From: an uncultured Trueperaceae bacterium
Lineage (GTDB): Bacteria; Deinococcota; Deinococci; Deinococcales; Trueperaceae
Assembly (NCBI GenBank): GCA_963727505.1
Contig: CAVSGP010000009.1
Coordinates: forward strand, 640,001-704,000
DNA: 64,000 nt
Direction: 5' to 3'
The notes beneath the pieces were generated by a model. The model was not told the DNA's origin. It was given only the letters and a program-made list of their open reading frames with translations, and ran no database searches. Positions 44,262-55,058 of the stretch are shown in pieces. The stretch's first letter is position 1. Every line of letters starts with the position of its first letter. The position numbers and the translations under genes are program-made.

Positions 44262-45441
44262 CGCCCGCCACCCCTCTCAATGCGAGCCCCAGGGGCACCG
44301 CGAACTCGGGACCCCACTTCTGGAGGTACTGGCTGTCGAAGCGGGTCTCGTCGTAATGGACGGTGAGCCACGGATCGCCGAGCTCCACGCGGAAGCCGAG
44401 GGCGTCGCCGATGGCCTCTGGCAGGCCGCGCAGCTTGGCGCCGCCGCCCGTCACCACCATGCGGCTGATGTTGGCGTCGCCGGTCTGGACCCGGAAGAAC
44501 TCGAGGCTGCGGCGGATCTCAGTGGTGAGATCGACCAGCACCGGGCGCAGCGATTCGTAGACCCGGCTGGGGCTGAACTGCTCGCGCTTGGCATCGAAGT
44601 TGAGGAGCTCTTCCTCGTCCTCGGTGGGGATGGTCGCCGTGCCGTAGTCGAGCTTGACCTCCTCGGCGCTGTCGAAGTCGAGGCCGAAGGAGCGTTGGAT
44701 GGCCGCGGTGAAGTCGTCGCCGCTGACCCCGATGTTGCGGTTCATCAGCACCCTCTCGCCGCGGACCAGGGTGATGGTGGTGTTGGAGGCGGCGATCTCG
44801 AGCACGACGCCGATCTCGTTGGCCTCCGTGTAGCCGGTGCCCGACAGGGTGGTCTTGGTGAGGTGCTCGCCAAGGAGCGAGCCCTTCAGCGAGCGCAGCA
44901 GCGTGAAGGGCTTGACGTCGAGCACCAGCGGCTCGAGCCCGGCCTGCTTGAGGTACTCGACCTGCTGCGTGACCTGGTCGAGCCGCGCCGCGGCGATGAC
45001 CACCTCGAGCTGCCCGCCCTCCTCGATGTCGTCGGGGTTGTCGAGCACGTAGTAGTCGAGCACGACCTCGTCGATCGGGAAGGGGATGTAGCGCTCCGCC
45101 TCCCACTTGATCGCTTCGTCGAGCTCCTGCATGGTCATCTTTGGAACGTGGATGTTACGGGTGATCGCTTGCCGGTTGCTCACGGCCGCCACCGCGAACC
45201 GCTTGTGGACGCCCGCTTCGTCCATCAGGGCCTTGATCTCGTCGGCCAGCCCACGCGCGTCGACCACCTGGTCGTCCTGGATGAGACCAGGGGGCATGGG
45301 GCGGACAGACATCGCGACCAGGGTCGGCGGGTTCCCTGGTCGAAGCTCCACCACCTTGAGCGCACTGGTGCCCACCTCTAGACCGACTGCCTCGATCCTC
45401 GGGCTGAGCATGCGCGCCAGGCGCTCGCGCATTGAGGGCAT
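44254..45441 (-). CDS. pilM: Type IV pilus assembly protein PilM
   Basis: GLEVGTSALKVVEL, EAERYIPFPIDEV, EIRRSLEFF, TGGGAKLRGL, GLALRG. Confidence 0.93.
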   Translation of the reverse strand: MPSMRERLARMLSPRIEAVGLEVGTSALKVVELRPGNPPTLVAMSVRPMPPGLIQDDQVVDARGLADEIKALMDEAGVHKRFAVAAVSNRQAITRNIHVPKMTMQELDEAIKWEAERYIPFPIDEVVLDYYVLDNPDDIEEGGQLEVVIAAARLDQVTQQVEYLKQAGLEPLVLDVKPFTLLRSLKGSLLGEHLTKTTLSGTGYTEANEIGVVLEIAASNTTITLVRGERVLMNRNIGVSGDDFTAAIQRSFGLDFDSAEEVKLDYGTATIPTEDEEELLNFDAKREQFSPSRVYESLRPVLVDLTTEIRRSLEFFRVQTGDANISRMVVTGGGAKLRGLPEAIGDALGFRVELGDPWLTVHYDETRFDSQYLQKWGPEFAVPLGLALRGVAGVD

Positions 45442-45548
45442 AACGTCTCCTCCTCGTAAATCAAGCGGAGTCTATCACGGTGCCCTCATAGCGCCGAGTG
45501 AAATATTCGCAAGCGTGTCGGGTTTCCTGCCCCTTGCTGGACGGCGAT

Positions 45549-47456
<1,908 letters not shown>

Positions 47457-47529
47457 AGGTCAGTCTACCTCCCGCGCCATGAGCCCCACGTTGGTGAGAC
47501 GATGGGGGTTCCTTCATGCTCGCTGCGGT

Positions 47530-48867
47530 TCAGGGGGCGCGAGCCAGATCGTTGAAGCGCACGTGCGCGTTGTGGAATTGCAGCTCAAGCGTTCCGGTCG
47601 GACCGTTGCGTTGCTTGCCGATGATGACCTCGGCGATACCGTGCTTCTCCGACTGCTGGTCGTAGTACTCGTCGCGGTAGATGAACATCACGAGGTCGGC
47701 GTCCTGCTCGATGGCACCACTTTCACGCAGGTCCGACAGCATCGGCCGCTTGTTGGGCCGGCTCTCGACGGCGCGCGATAGCTGCGAGAGCACCAGCACT
47801 GGGATGTCGAGCTCGCGGGCGAGCGCCTTGAGCCCGCGCGAGATGGCCGAGATCTCCTGCTGGCGGTTCTCACCGGTGCTGCGGGTCCCGGCAGACATGA
47901 GCTGCAGGTAGTCGACGACAAGCAGCCCCAGGTCGTGTTCGGCGGTCAGTCGACGAGCGCGGGAACGCAGCTCCATCACCGTCAGGTCGGGGTTGTCGTC
48001 GATGAAGATGCGCGCGTCCGACATACGCCCGGCGGTGTCGGCGAGGCGCTGGAAGTCGCGGTCGGAGAGCTGGCCGTTGCGCACCCGGCTCATGTCGACC
48101 CGCGCCTCCGAGCAGAGCATGCGGGTGACCAGCTGCACGGCCGACATCTCCAGCGAGAAGATGCCGACGCTGACCTCGTCGCGCAGCGCGGCGTTGAGCG
48201 CCATGCTGAGCGCGAGCGCCGTCTTGCCCATCGAAGGGCGCGCAGCGAGCACGTTCAGGCTCGACGGCTGGAGCCCCGCGGTCATGTTGTCGAGCTCTTT
48301 GAAGCCCGTGCGCATGCCCGAGACGGGATCGGGGTTCGCGAACAGCTCGTTGATGTGGGCGAAGGTCTCGGTGACGAGCGTCGTCATGCCCTCGAACTGC
48401 GTGCGGCGCTTCTTGGTGGCCAGGTCGAAGATGTTCTGCTCGGCCTGGTCCAACACCTCGTCGAGCGGCCCGGCCTGATCGTAGGCGAGTTGCATGATGC
48501 GCCCGCTGGCCGAGATGAGTTCGCGCAGCGTCGCCTTTTCCAGCACGATGCGCGCGTAGCTGTCGGCGTACGCCGCGGTCGGAACGCTGTCGGCGAGGCC
48601 GATGAGATAGGGGACGCTGCCCACGCTCTCGAGCTCGCCCGATTGCCGGAGCTCCTCCGTGAGCGTGACCAGGTCCATGGGTTCGCCGCTGCGGAACAGG
48701 CGCTCGATGGCGCGGAAGATCTTGCGGTGCCCCTCCTTGTAGAAGTGGCCGGCCGCTAGCACCCCTTCCAGCGACGCGTAGGTCTCGTTGTCCAGAAGGA
48801 TGCTGCCCAGAACGCTCTGTTCGGCCTCGAGATTATGGGGGGGTGTTCGGCTCTCCACGCCGGCCAT
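47530..48867 (-). CDS. dnaB: Replicative DNA helicase (no intein)
   Basis: AARPSMGKT, VDYLQLM, LSQLSR, SDLRESGAIEQDAD, KQRNGPTG. Confidence 0.97.
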   Translation of the reverse strand: MAGVESRTPPHNLEAEQSVLGSILLDNETYASLEGVLAAGHFYKEGHRKIFRAIERLFRSGEPMDLVTLTEELRQSGELESVGSVPYLIGLADSVPTAAYADSYARIVLEKATLRELISASGRIMQLAYDQAGPLDEVLDQAEQNIFDLATKKRRTQFEGMTTLVTETFAHINELFANPDPVSGMRTGFKELDNMTAGLQPSSLNVLAARPSMGKTALALSMALNAALRDEVSVGIFSLEMSAVQLVTRMLCSEARVDMSRVRNGQLSDRDFQRLADTAGRMSDARIFIDDNPDLTVMELRSRARRLTAEHDLGLLVVDYLQLMSAGTRSTGENRQQEISAISRGLKALARELDIPVLVLSQLSRAVESRPNKRPMLSDLRESGAIEQDADLVMFIYRDEYYDQQSEKHGIAEVIIGKQRNGPTGTLELQFHNAHVRFNDLARAP

Positions 48868-48980
48868 TGTACGTTGCGCCGCCGGCAGGCTCGACGGGTG
48901 AGGGGGGAAGAGGCCCGGTCGGCAGGGTGGAGGGCGGGACCGGTGCCGCGCAGACGGCCCGCGGCTAGAATGGTGAGCGC

Positions 48981-50693
48981 ATGGGCGGGATCTTCACAGC
49001 GGTCGCAGGGTTGGCGCTGGCGTGGCTGGTCGGCTCGGTGCCGCTGGGCTCCACGCTGGTCCGGTGGCTCTCCGGTACGGAGCCAGCGGAGGTCAACCCC
49101 CATCTCATCGGAGTGGAGAACGTCTACCGCATGGTCGGGGCGCCTGCGGCTCTGGCGGCCTTCGCGCTCGACGTGCTCAAGGGCGCCGTGGCCGTGGTGC
49201 TGGTGCCTGTGGCGCCGCTCGGTGCGCTGGGCGTCTACCTGGGTCATCTCTACCCGTTGGGCCTACCCGGCCGGGCCAGGCCCCCGCGGGGCCGCGGCAA
49301 CGGGGTGCTGTTGGGTGCGCTGGCCGCGCTCTCGATCACAGGAGGGCTGCCCTGGCTGGCGTTGGCGCTTCCGATCTGGACGTACGCCGGCGTGCTCGCG
49401 GCCCGCCGTTACGTGGCCCTCGCGACCGTGAGCGGGCTGGCGGTGCTGGCGGCGGCGTCCGTGATGGCCTGGGTCGCTGGAGCGGCCGGGTCGCTGGCTG
49501 CCCTCGCGGCGGTACTCGTCGCGGCTTCGGGGGCCTGGCGCCAGAAGGCCGCCCTGGCACGGGTGCGCGACGGAACCGAGGCGCGCCTCGGCGATCCGCC
49601 CGCGGTGCGGGGACTCGAACCGGACACTCTGCTGTGCGCCTTCCTCGTGCACCCCATGACGGTGGACGACCTGTGGCAGCCCCCGAGCCAGCGCTGGCTG
49701 CGGCACCTGGCGGCCCGCGGCCTGCTGCCAGAAAGGGCGCTGCGCCGCATCATGCTCCGCATGCGCCCCCAGAGCCAGGGGGTGATCGAGGGCGTCCGCT
49801 TGCCCGACGGCCGGCGCATGCGCGTGCTCCTGATCGGCGGCCCCATGCTGCCCGACCAGTTCGCCGCCCACCCCGACATCGCGCTGAGGATGGCCATCCA
49901 GGGCGCCCGGCTGGCGCACGAGCTCGGCGCCGAAGCGGTCGGGCTGGGCGCATTCTGGTCGACCGTCGGCGACAAGGGTCAGGACGTGCAGCGCGCAGTC
50001 CCCGAGATCGCGGTCACCAACGGCGGCGCCTACACGGCGGCGAGCGTGCGGGCGGCGGTCCCCGGCCTGCTCGAGCGCTTCGCGGCCGAAGGGGGCTCGC
50101 TGCGGCGCGCCACGGCAGCCGTCGTCGGCGCCAACGGTGTCGTGGCGTTCGGGGTGGCGCGCATGATCGCGCCCGAGGTGCGCGAGCTGGTGCTGGTCGG
50201 CCGCGACGCCCAACGGCTGCGGCGCAGCGCCCAGACGCTGCGCCGCAAGCATCCGGACACGGAGGTGCTCGCCACCACCGATCTCGCCGCGGTGGCCGGG
50301 GCCGATCTGGTATTCACCGCGACCTCCGATCCCGCACCCGTGTTGCGCCCCGAGCACATCCGGCCCGGAGCATGGGTCTTCGACCTGGGGCGGCCGGCCG
50401 ATGTACACCCCAGCGTGCGGGAGGTTCCCGGCGTGCAGATCGTCCCGGGCGGCGTGGTGCGCCCGCCCGGCGCGATGCGGTCGCAGATCGACATCCGCTT
50501 CGGGGACGGGCTGGTCCCCGCCTGCCTGGCCGAAACGATGATCATGACGGCCGCGCACGCCTTCGACCGCCGCAGCCTGGGGTCGGTCACGCGCACGGCG
50601 GATATCGCCTTCTACCTGCGCGAAGGGGAGCGGCTGGGCTTCGAGATCGTCACGCGCGACGAGCGGGTGGCGGAGTTGGAGGCCGCGCTGTGA
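48981..50693 (+). CDS. PlsY-like acyltransferase fused to an acyl-ACP-reductase-like NAD(P)-binding domain
   Basis: N-terminal membrane domain GSVPLG, DVLKG, GHLYP, GRGNGV; C-terminal AFLVHP, GLGAFWSTVG, VTNGGAYT, VVGANGVVA, ACLAETMI. Confidence 0.7.
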   Translation: MGGIFTAVAGLALAWLVGSVPLGSTLVRWLSGTEPAEVNPHLIGVENVYRMVGAPAALAAFALDVLKGAVAVVLVPVAPLGALGVYLGHLYPLGLPGRARPPRGRGNGVLLGALAALSITGGLPWLALALPIWTYAGVLAARRYVALATVSGLAVLAAASVMAWVAGAAGSLAALAAVLVAASGAWRQKAALARVRDGTEARLGDPPAVRGLEPDTLLCAFLVHPMTVDDLWQPPSQRWLRHLAARGLLPERALRRIMLRMRPQSQGVIEGVRLPDGRRMRVLLIGGPMLPDQFAAHPDIALRMAIQGARLAHELGAEAVGLGAFWSTVGDKGQDVQRAVPEIAVTNGGAYTAASVRAAVPGLLERFAAEGGSLRRATAAVVGANGVVAFGVARMIAPEVRELVLVGRDAQRLRRSAQTLRRKHPDTEVLATTDLAAVAGADLVFTATSDPAPVLRPEHIRPGAWVFDLGRPADVHPSVREVPGVQIVPGGVVRPPGAMRSQIDIRFGDGLVPACLAETMIMTAAHAFDRRSLGSVTRTADIAFYLREGERLGFEIVTRDERVAELEAAL

Positions 50694-50703
50694 GGCGCGC
50701 CCG

Positions 50704-51519
50704 GTGAAGGCGTTCCGCATGACGGGGCGGCTTGAGCCCGAGAGCCCCGCCGTGGCCCGGCTCTTCGAATGCGGATCGCTGGGCGCGGTGGAGGAGACCG
50801 GCGGGAGCGGTGTCGAGATCGTGGCGTACTTCGACCGCCAGGTCGAGCTGGGCCTCGAGGGGCGCTGGGAGGACGTCGAGACGTTCGATTACGTCGCCGC
50901 CTACCGGGCCGATCTGAAGGCGGTGCGGGTGGGCTCGCTGGTGGTCGCGCCCACCCACCGGCGCGCCGAGCTGGAGGCCGGCCAGCAGGTGGTATGGCTT
51001 GACCCCGGCACCGCCTTCGGGACCGGCCACCACGAGACGACGCGCCTGGCGCTGGGGACGCTGGTCAGTATCGACCTGGTCGGACGGAGCGTGCTCGACG
51101 TGGGCGCCGGGTCCGGCATCCTCACGGTGGCGGCCGACCGGCTCGGCGCGGGCCTGGCCCTCGGCGTCGATATCGATGCCGCCACCGTCGAGGTCGCGCG
51201 CCGCAACGCCGTGCTCAACCGCTCGCGGGCACGGTTCCTGACGGGTAGCGTCGACCATCCGGATCTTCCTGCGCGCTTCGACGTCATCGTCGCAAACCTC
51301 TACGCCGAGCTCCATGCCGCGCTGATGCCCGCCTACCTGGCCCGCCTGAACGCCGGCGGCGCGCTGCTGTTGACCGGCATCCTCACGCGGCTCGAGCCGA
51401 CCGTACGTCGTGCGCTCCCCGAGGGACTGCCGTTCCGGGTGGAGCGGGAGGGTGAGTGGTCGCTGTTCGCGGTGCGCATGGGGAGCCTCGAGGCGGGGCG
51501 ATCGAGGTGGACGCCATGA
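50704..51519 (+). CDS. prmA: Ribosomal protein L11 methyltransferase
   Basis: LDPGTAFGTGHHETT, VLDVGAGSGIL, VANLYAE. Confidence 0.92.
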   Translation: MKAFRMTGRLEPESPAVARLFECGSLGAVEETGGSGVEIVAYFDRQVELGLEGRWEDVETFDYVAAYRADLKAVRVGSLVVAPTHRRAELEAGQQVVWLDPGTAFGTGHHETTRLALGTLVSIDLVGRSVLDVGAGSGILTVAADRLGAGLALGVDIDAATVEVARRNAVLNRSRARFLTGSVDHPDLPARFDVIVANLYAELHAALMPAYLARLNAGGALLLTGILTRLEPTVRRALPEGLPFRVEREGEWSLFAVRMGSLEAGRSRWTP

Positions 51520-51529
51520 GGTGGACGCC

Positions 51530-51976
51530 GTGAGCAGGGCAAGGACGCCACGGGGTTCTGCGTGGCGCCCGCGGCCGTGGGTACCGCTGTTGGCACCGCT
51601 CCTGGCGCTTCTCCTGGGGCTGGGCGCGTGCACGCCGCTCTACGTGCCGCCGGTTCCGGAACGCGTCCCCGTGCACGAGGTCGCACAGCTCGGTGACGCA
51701 AGCGCGTTGCGCCTCCGGGACGGCGTCCTGACCCTGCACGTGGTGCTCGATCGCATCCCCGACGCGGGTTGGCTGGCGGTGCAGTGGTTCGCGCCGGACG
51801 GCACCGAAGTTGCCTCGGACAGCGTCTGGGTCGCCCCGGCGAACGTGGGAGAGGGCCGCACTCTGGTGTTGCCGCCGCGCGTGAGCCCGAGCGCGGGCGA
51901 GTGGCGGGCGGTCGTCTCGCTCCGGGGCGAAGTGCTGCGGCAGTTCCGCGCGACCGTCACGGCGAACGCGTTGTAG
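51530..51976 (+). CDS. Hypothetical lipoprotein
   Basis: Basic N-region, hydrophobic stretch, lipobox LGAC; beta-rich mature domain. Confidence 0.6.
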   Translation: MSRARTPRGSAWRPRPWVPLLAPLLALLLGLGACTPLYVPPVPERVPVHEVAQLGDASALRLRDGVLTLHVVLDRIPDAGWLAVQWFAPDGTEVASDSVWVAPANVGEGRTLVLPPRVSPSAGEWRAVVSLRGEVLRQFRATVTANAL

Positions 51977-52272
51977 GGACCCTCCTGTAGCCCGGAGCAA
52001 CGGGGCCCGGCGGAACGGGGCGTCCACGCCGGGAGGGATGGTAGGAAGCGTGATCGCCGGCAAGCTAGACCGGTCCGTCTACGCTCGGAACGGTAGCCGA
52101 TCGGCCGTTTTGAGCCACCGATCCATCGAACGAGGCGCCCACCCGCGTGCCGGGCGATGTGCGGTCCAGCAACAGGCACCGACCCCGATACGGGGCCGGT
52201 GCCTGGGCGACGGGTCGCCTGGAGAGCGTCCCGGGAGCGTCATGGCGGGGGCCGCGTCGTCGCGGCCGGCGG

Positions 52273-54465
52273 TCAGGCCGTGCGCCTCCGTGTGCGGCGG
52301 GCGCGCTTCTGCTGCTGCATCTTGAACCACACCACCATGGGCGACAGGATGAAGATGCTCGAGTAGGTGCCGAAGCCGATGCCGATGAGCAACGCGATGC
52401 TGAAGCCCCGGAGCACGCTGCCGCCGAACAGCAGCAGCGCGAGGACGGGCAGCAGCGTGGTGCCCGAGGTCGCCACGGTCCGCGACAGCGTCTGGTTCAC
52501 GGCCAGGTCGACGACCTCGGCGTAGCTGCGGTCGCGCACCTTGCGGAGGTTCTCGCGGATGCGGTCGGCGATGATGATGGAGTCGTTGAGAGAATAGCCG
52601 ACGACGAAGAGCACCGCGGCCAGCACCGGGATGCTGAAGGTCACGTTGAACAGGTCGAGCGCGCCCAGCACGATGCCGGCGTCGTGGATGGTGGCGATGA
52701 TGGCGGCCACCGCCACGATCCAGTTGGGCCAGAAGCGCCACGCCACATAGAGCAGGATCAGGCCAAGGGCGACGAGCACCGCCATGATGGCCGCCTGCCG
52801 CAGGTCCGCCCCGACGGCGGGGCCGACGTAATTGGCCTGCAGCAGCTGGCCGTTCAGCTTGGCGGTGAGATCGTTCGCGAACTGGTCGGCGCTCTGCTGA
52901 CCGGTCTCGTTCAGGCCGACGCGGATCGACATGGGGTTGCCCTGCAGGGTGTTGTCGATCACCTTGACGACGGTGGCGTTCTTGCCGGTGATGCCGGGAT
53001 AGTTCAGGTCGGTGATGGCCGAGCGCACGTCGGCAACGGTGGTCCCGTCGGGAACGTCGACGAGGACGTTGGTGCCGCCGGTGAAGTCGGTGGAGAGCTT
53101 CAGGCCTTCGATGGAGACGATGGCGATGGAGGCGATCGCGAGCAGCCCGGAGACGCTCATGATGACCGGCGCCTTGCTGACGAAGCGCACGCCCTCGACG
53201 AAGAAGCCCTTCCAGAGGTAGGTGCGCTTGCTCTTGCGGGCGGTGATGAGGTCGAGGATGAACGGCACCACCACGACGTTCACGAACACCGAGGCGATGA
53301 TGCCGATGGCCAGGGTGATGGCGAAACCGCGTACCGGCCCGGTCGTGTACTGGTAGAGCGCGGCGGCGGCCAGCAGCGTGGTGACGTTGGCGTCGATGAT
53401 GGCCGACAGCGAGTTGCCGAAGCCGGTCTTCATCGCCAGGCGGATCGACTTGCCCGCCCGCAGCTCCTCACGGATGCGCTCGAAGCTGATGACGTTGCCG
53501 TCGACCGCGGCGCCGATGGTGAGCACCAGGCCGGCCAGGCCCGGAAGCGTGAGCGCCGCATGGAGGGCGGCCAGGGTGCCGAAGATGAACAGCATGGCGA
53601 GCCCGAGGCCGAAGGTGAGGACGCCTCCGAAGACCAGGCCGTAATAGCCGATGACCGCCGCCACGACCGCAGCGCCGCCGATGAACGCGGCGATCTTGCC
53701 GGCGTTGATGCTGTCCTGACCGAGCGTCGGGCCGATGGAGCGGATCTCCTCGACGTGGAGGCTGATCGGGAGGCTCCCCGAGCGCAACACCAGCGAGATG
53801 TTGCTGGCTTCCTCCAGCGAGTTGATGCCGGTGATCTGCCCCGAGTCGGAGATGCGCGACTGTAGCGTGGGGGCCGTGATGATCTTTCCGTCCAGCACGA
53901 TCGCCATGCGCCGCCCGACGTTACCGCCGGTGAAGTCGCCGAACTTGCCGGCGTCCTTGGCCTTGATGTTGAAGAACACGGCGGGCCCCATGGTCGAGCC
54001 GCCCACGCGTTGGAAGTCGGCGCGGGCGGTGCTGATGATCTCGCCCGTGAACGCGGGCTTCTCGAGGTCGTCGAGCGTCATCTGGGCGGTGGTCTTGTTC
54101 TGCGCCGACGGTTTGACGAGCTGGAAGTAGAGCTTGGCCTGCTGGCCGATGAGTGAGAGGGCGCGCTTCTGGTCCGCCGCCGTCAGGCCGGGCAGCTCCA
54201 CCACGATGCGGTTCTTGCCCGAGGTGGTGATGAGCGGCTCCGAGACGCCGAACTGGTTGACGCGGTTCTCGATGACGTTGCGGGCGGTCGCCAGGTCTTG
54301 CGTGGAGGGGTTGGCGGTGTTCGACTGCAGCACCACGCGCAGGCCGCCCTGCAGGTCGAGGCCGAGCTTGAGCGGGGCCGTCGCGCTCCAAGGTTGCCAC
54401 AGGTACAAGATCGACGCGATGATCGCTGCCAGCACGACGGCGCCGGTGAAGGTCCTTCGGTTCAC
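52273..54465 (-). CDS. secDF: Fused protein translocase subunit SecDF
   Basis: LGLDLQGG, NQFGVSEP, LRSGSLP, IGAAVDGNV..FERIREE, DFTGG, GYSLNDSII..DRIREN. Confidence 0.96.
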   Translation of the reverse strand: MNRRTFTGAVVLAAIIASILYLWQPWSATAPLKLGLDLQGGLRVVLQSNTANPSTQDLATARNVIENRVNQFGVSEPLITTSGKNRIVVELPGLTAADQKRALSLIGQQAKLYFQLVKPSAQNKTTAQMTLDDLEKPAFTGEIISTARADFQRVGGSTMGPAVFFNIKAKDAGKFGDFTGGNVGRRMAIVLDGKIITAPTLQSRISDSGQITGINSLEEASNISLVLRSGSLPISLHVEEIRSIGPTLGQDSINAGKIAAFIGGAAVVAAVIGYYGLVFGGVLTFGLGLAMLFIFGTLAALHAALTLPGLAGLVLTIGAAVDGNVISFERIREELRAGKSIRLAMKTGFGNSLSAIIDANVTTLLAAAALYQYTTGPVRGFAITLAIGIIASVFVNVVVVPFILDLITARKSKRTYLWKGFFVEGVRFVSKAPVIMSVSGLLAIASIAIVSIEGLKLSTDFTGGTNVLVDVPDGTTVADVRSAITDLNYPGITGKNATVVKVIDNTLQGNPMSIRVGLNETGQQSADQFANDLTAKLNGQLLQANYVGPAVGADLRQAAIMAVLVALGLILLYVAWRFWPNWIVAVAAIIATIHDAGIVLGALDLFNVTFSIPVLAAVLFVVGYSLNDSIIIADRIRENLRKVRDRSYAEVVDLAVNQTLSRTVATSGTTLLPVLALLLFGGSVLRGFSIALLIGIGFGTYSSIFILSPMVVWFKMQQQKRARRTRRRTA

Positions 54466-54559
54466 GGGGGACTCCTAAGACGGGGTTTCGGGGGCTCGAA
54501 GGGGAGGGGCGCGGCGACGCATCGCTGCCGCGGCCCGCGGGGCACGGGGGATCCGGCCC

Positions 54560-54913
54560 TCATCCGCCTTCCAGCTGGAGCCGTCCGTACGCCGTCAACA
54601 GCGCCGTAGGGGCCGGTCCGGCGGTGTCACGACGCGCCGCGCGCAACGCCGCGTTCGGATCGGGGACCGGAAGCGCAGCGCGACCCGGCAGGACCGGCAG
54701 GCGCAGCGTTCCCGTGGCGCCACCGGGGGCGGTGAGACGGGCACCCGTCTCCAGCATGAGCGGGGCGCGGCTCCCCATCCCGGCACCGGCAGTCGACGGA
54801 TCGTGTGCGGCCGCCGCCAGACGCTGGAGGGGGATGGCCGCCAGCGTCACGGCGAGCGCCAGGCTCAATACGAGCCCGCGTCGGCGCCGGAGGGTCGTCA
54901 GGGCGGCCTGCAC
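54560..54913 (-). CDS. Signal-peptide-containing uORF of secDF (candidate translation-arrest/monitoring peptide)
   Basis: TAGAAT 7 nt before GTG; RRRR plus hydrophobic stretch plus AAA; Pro/Ala linker; ends YGRLQLEGG*. Confidence 0.6.
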   Translation of the reverse strand: MQAALTTLRRRRGLVLSLALAVTLAAIPLQRLAAAAHDPSTAGAGMGSRAPLMLETGARLTAPGGATGTLRLPVLPGRAALPVPDPNAALRAARRDTAGPAPTALLTAYGRLQLEGG

Positions 54914-55058
54914 GCCCGCTATTCTAGCGCGCGTCGCTGGGCGAGGTACCGGGCCCGCCGTGCGAGGCCAGGCCCCACGAGCGTCGCCCCGGGCGCATGC
55001 GGTTGCGCCCGGGGCGACGGCACCGGAAGGGTGGGTGGAGGCGGGTGGGGAGCCGAGC

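Noticed and set aside
47530..48867. Intein in DnaB
   Set aside because: Normal 445-aa length with contiguous motifs
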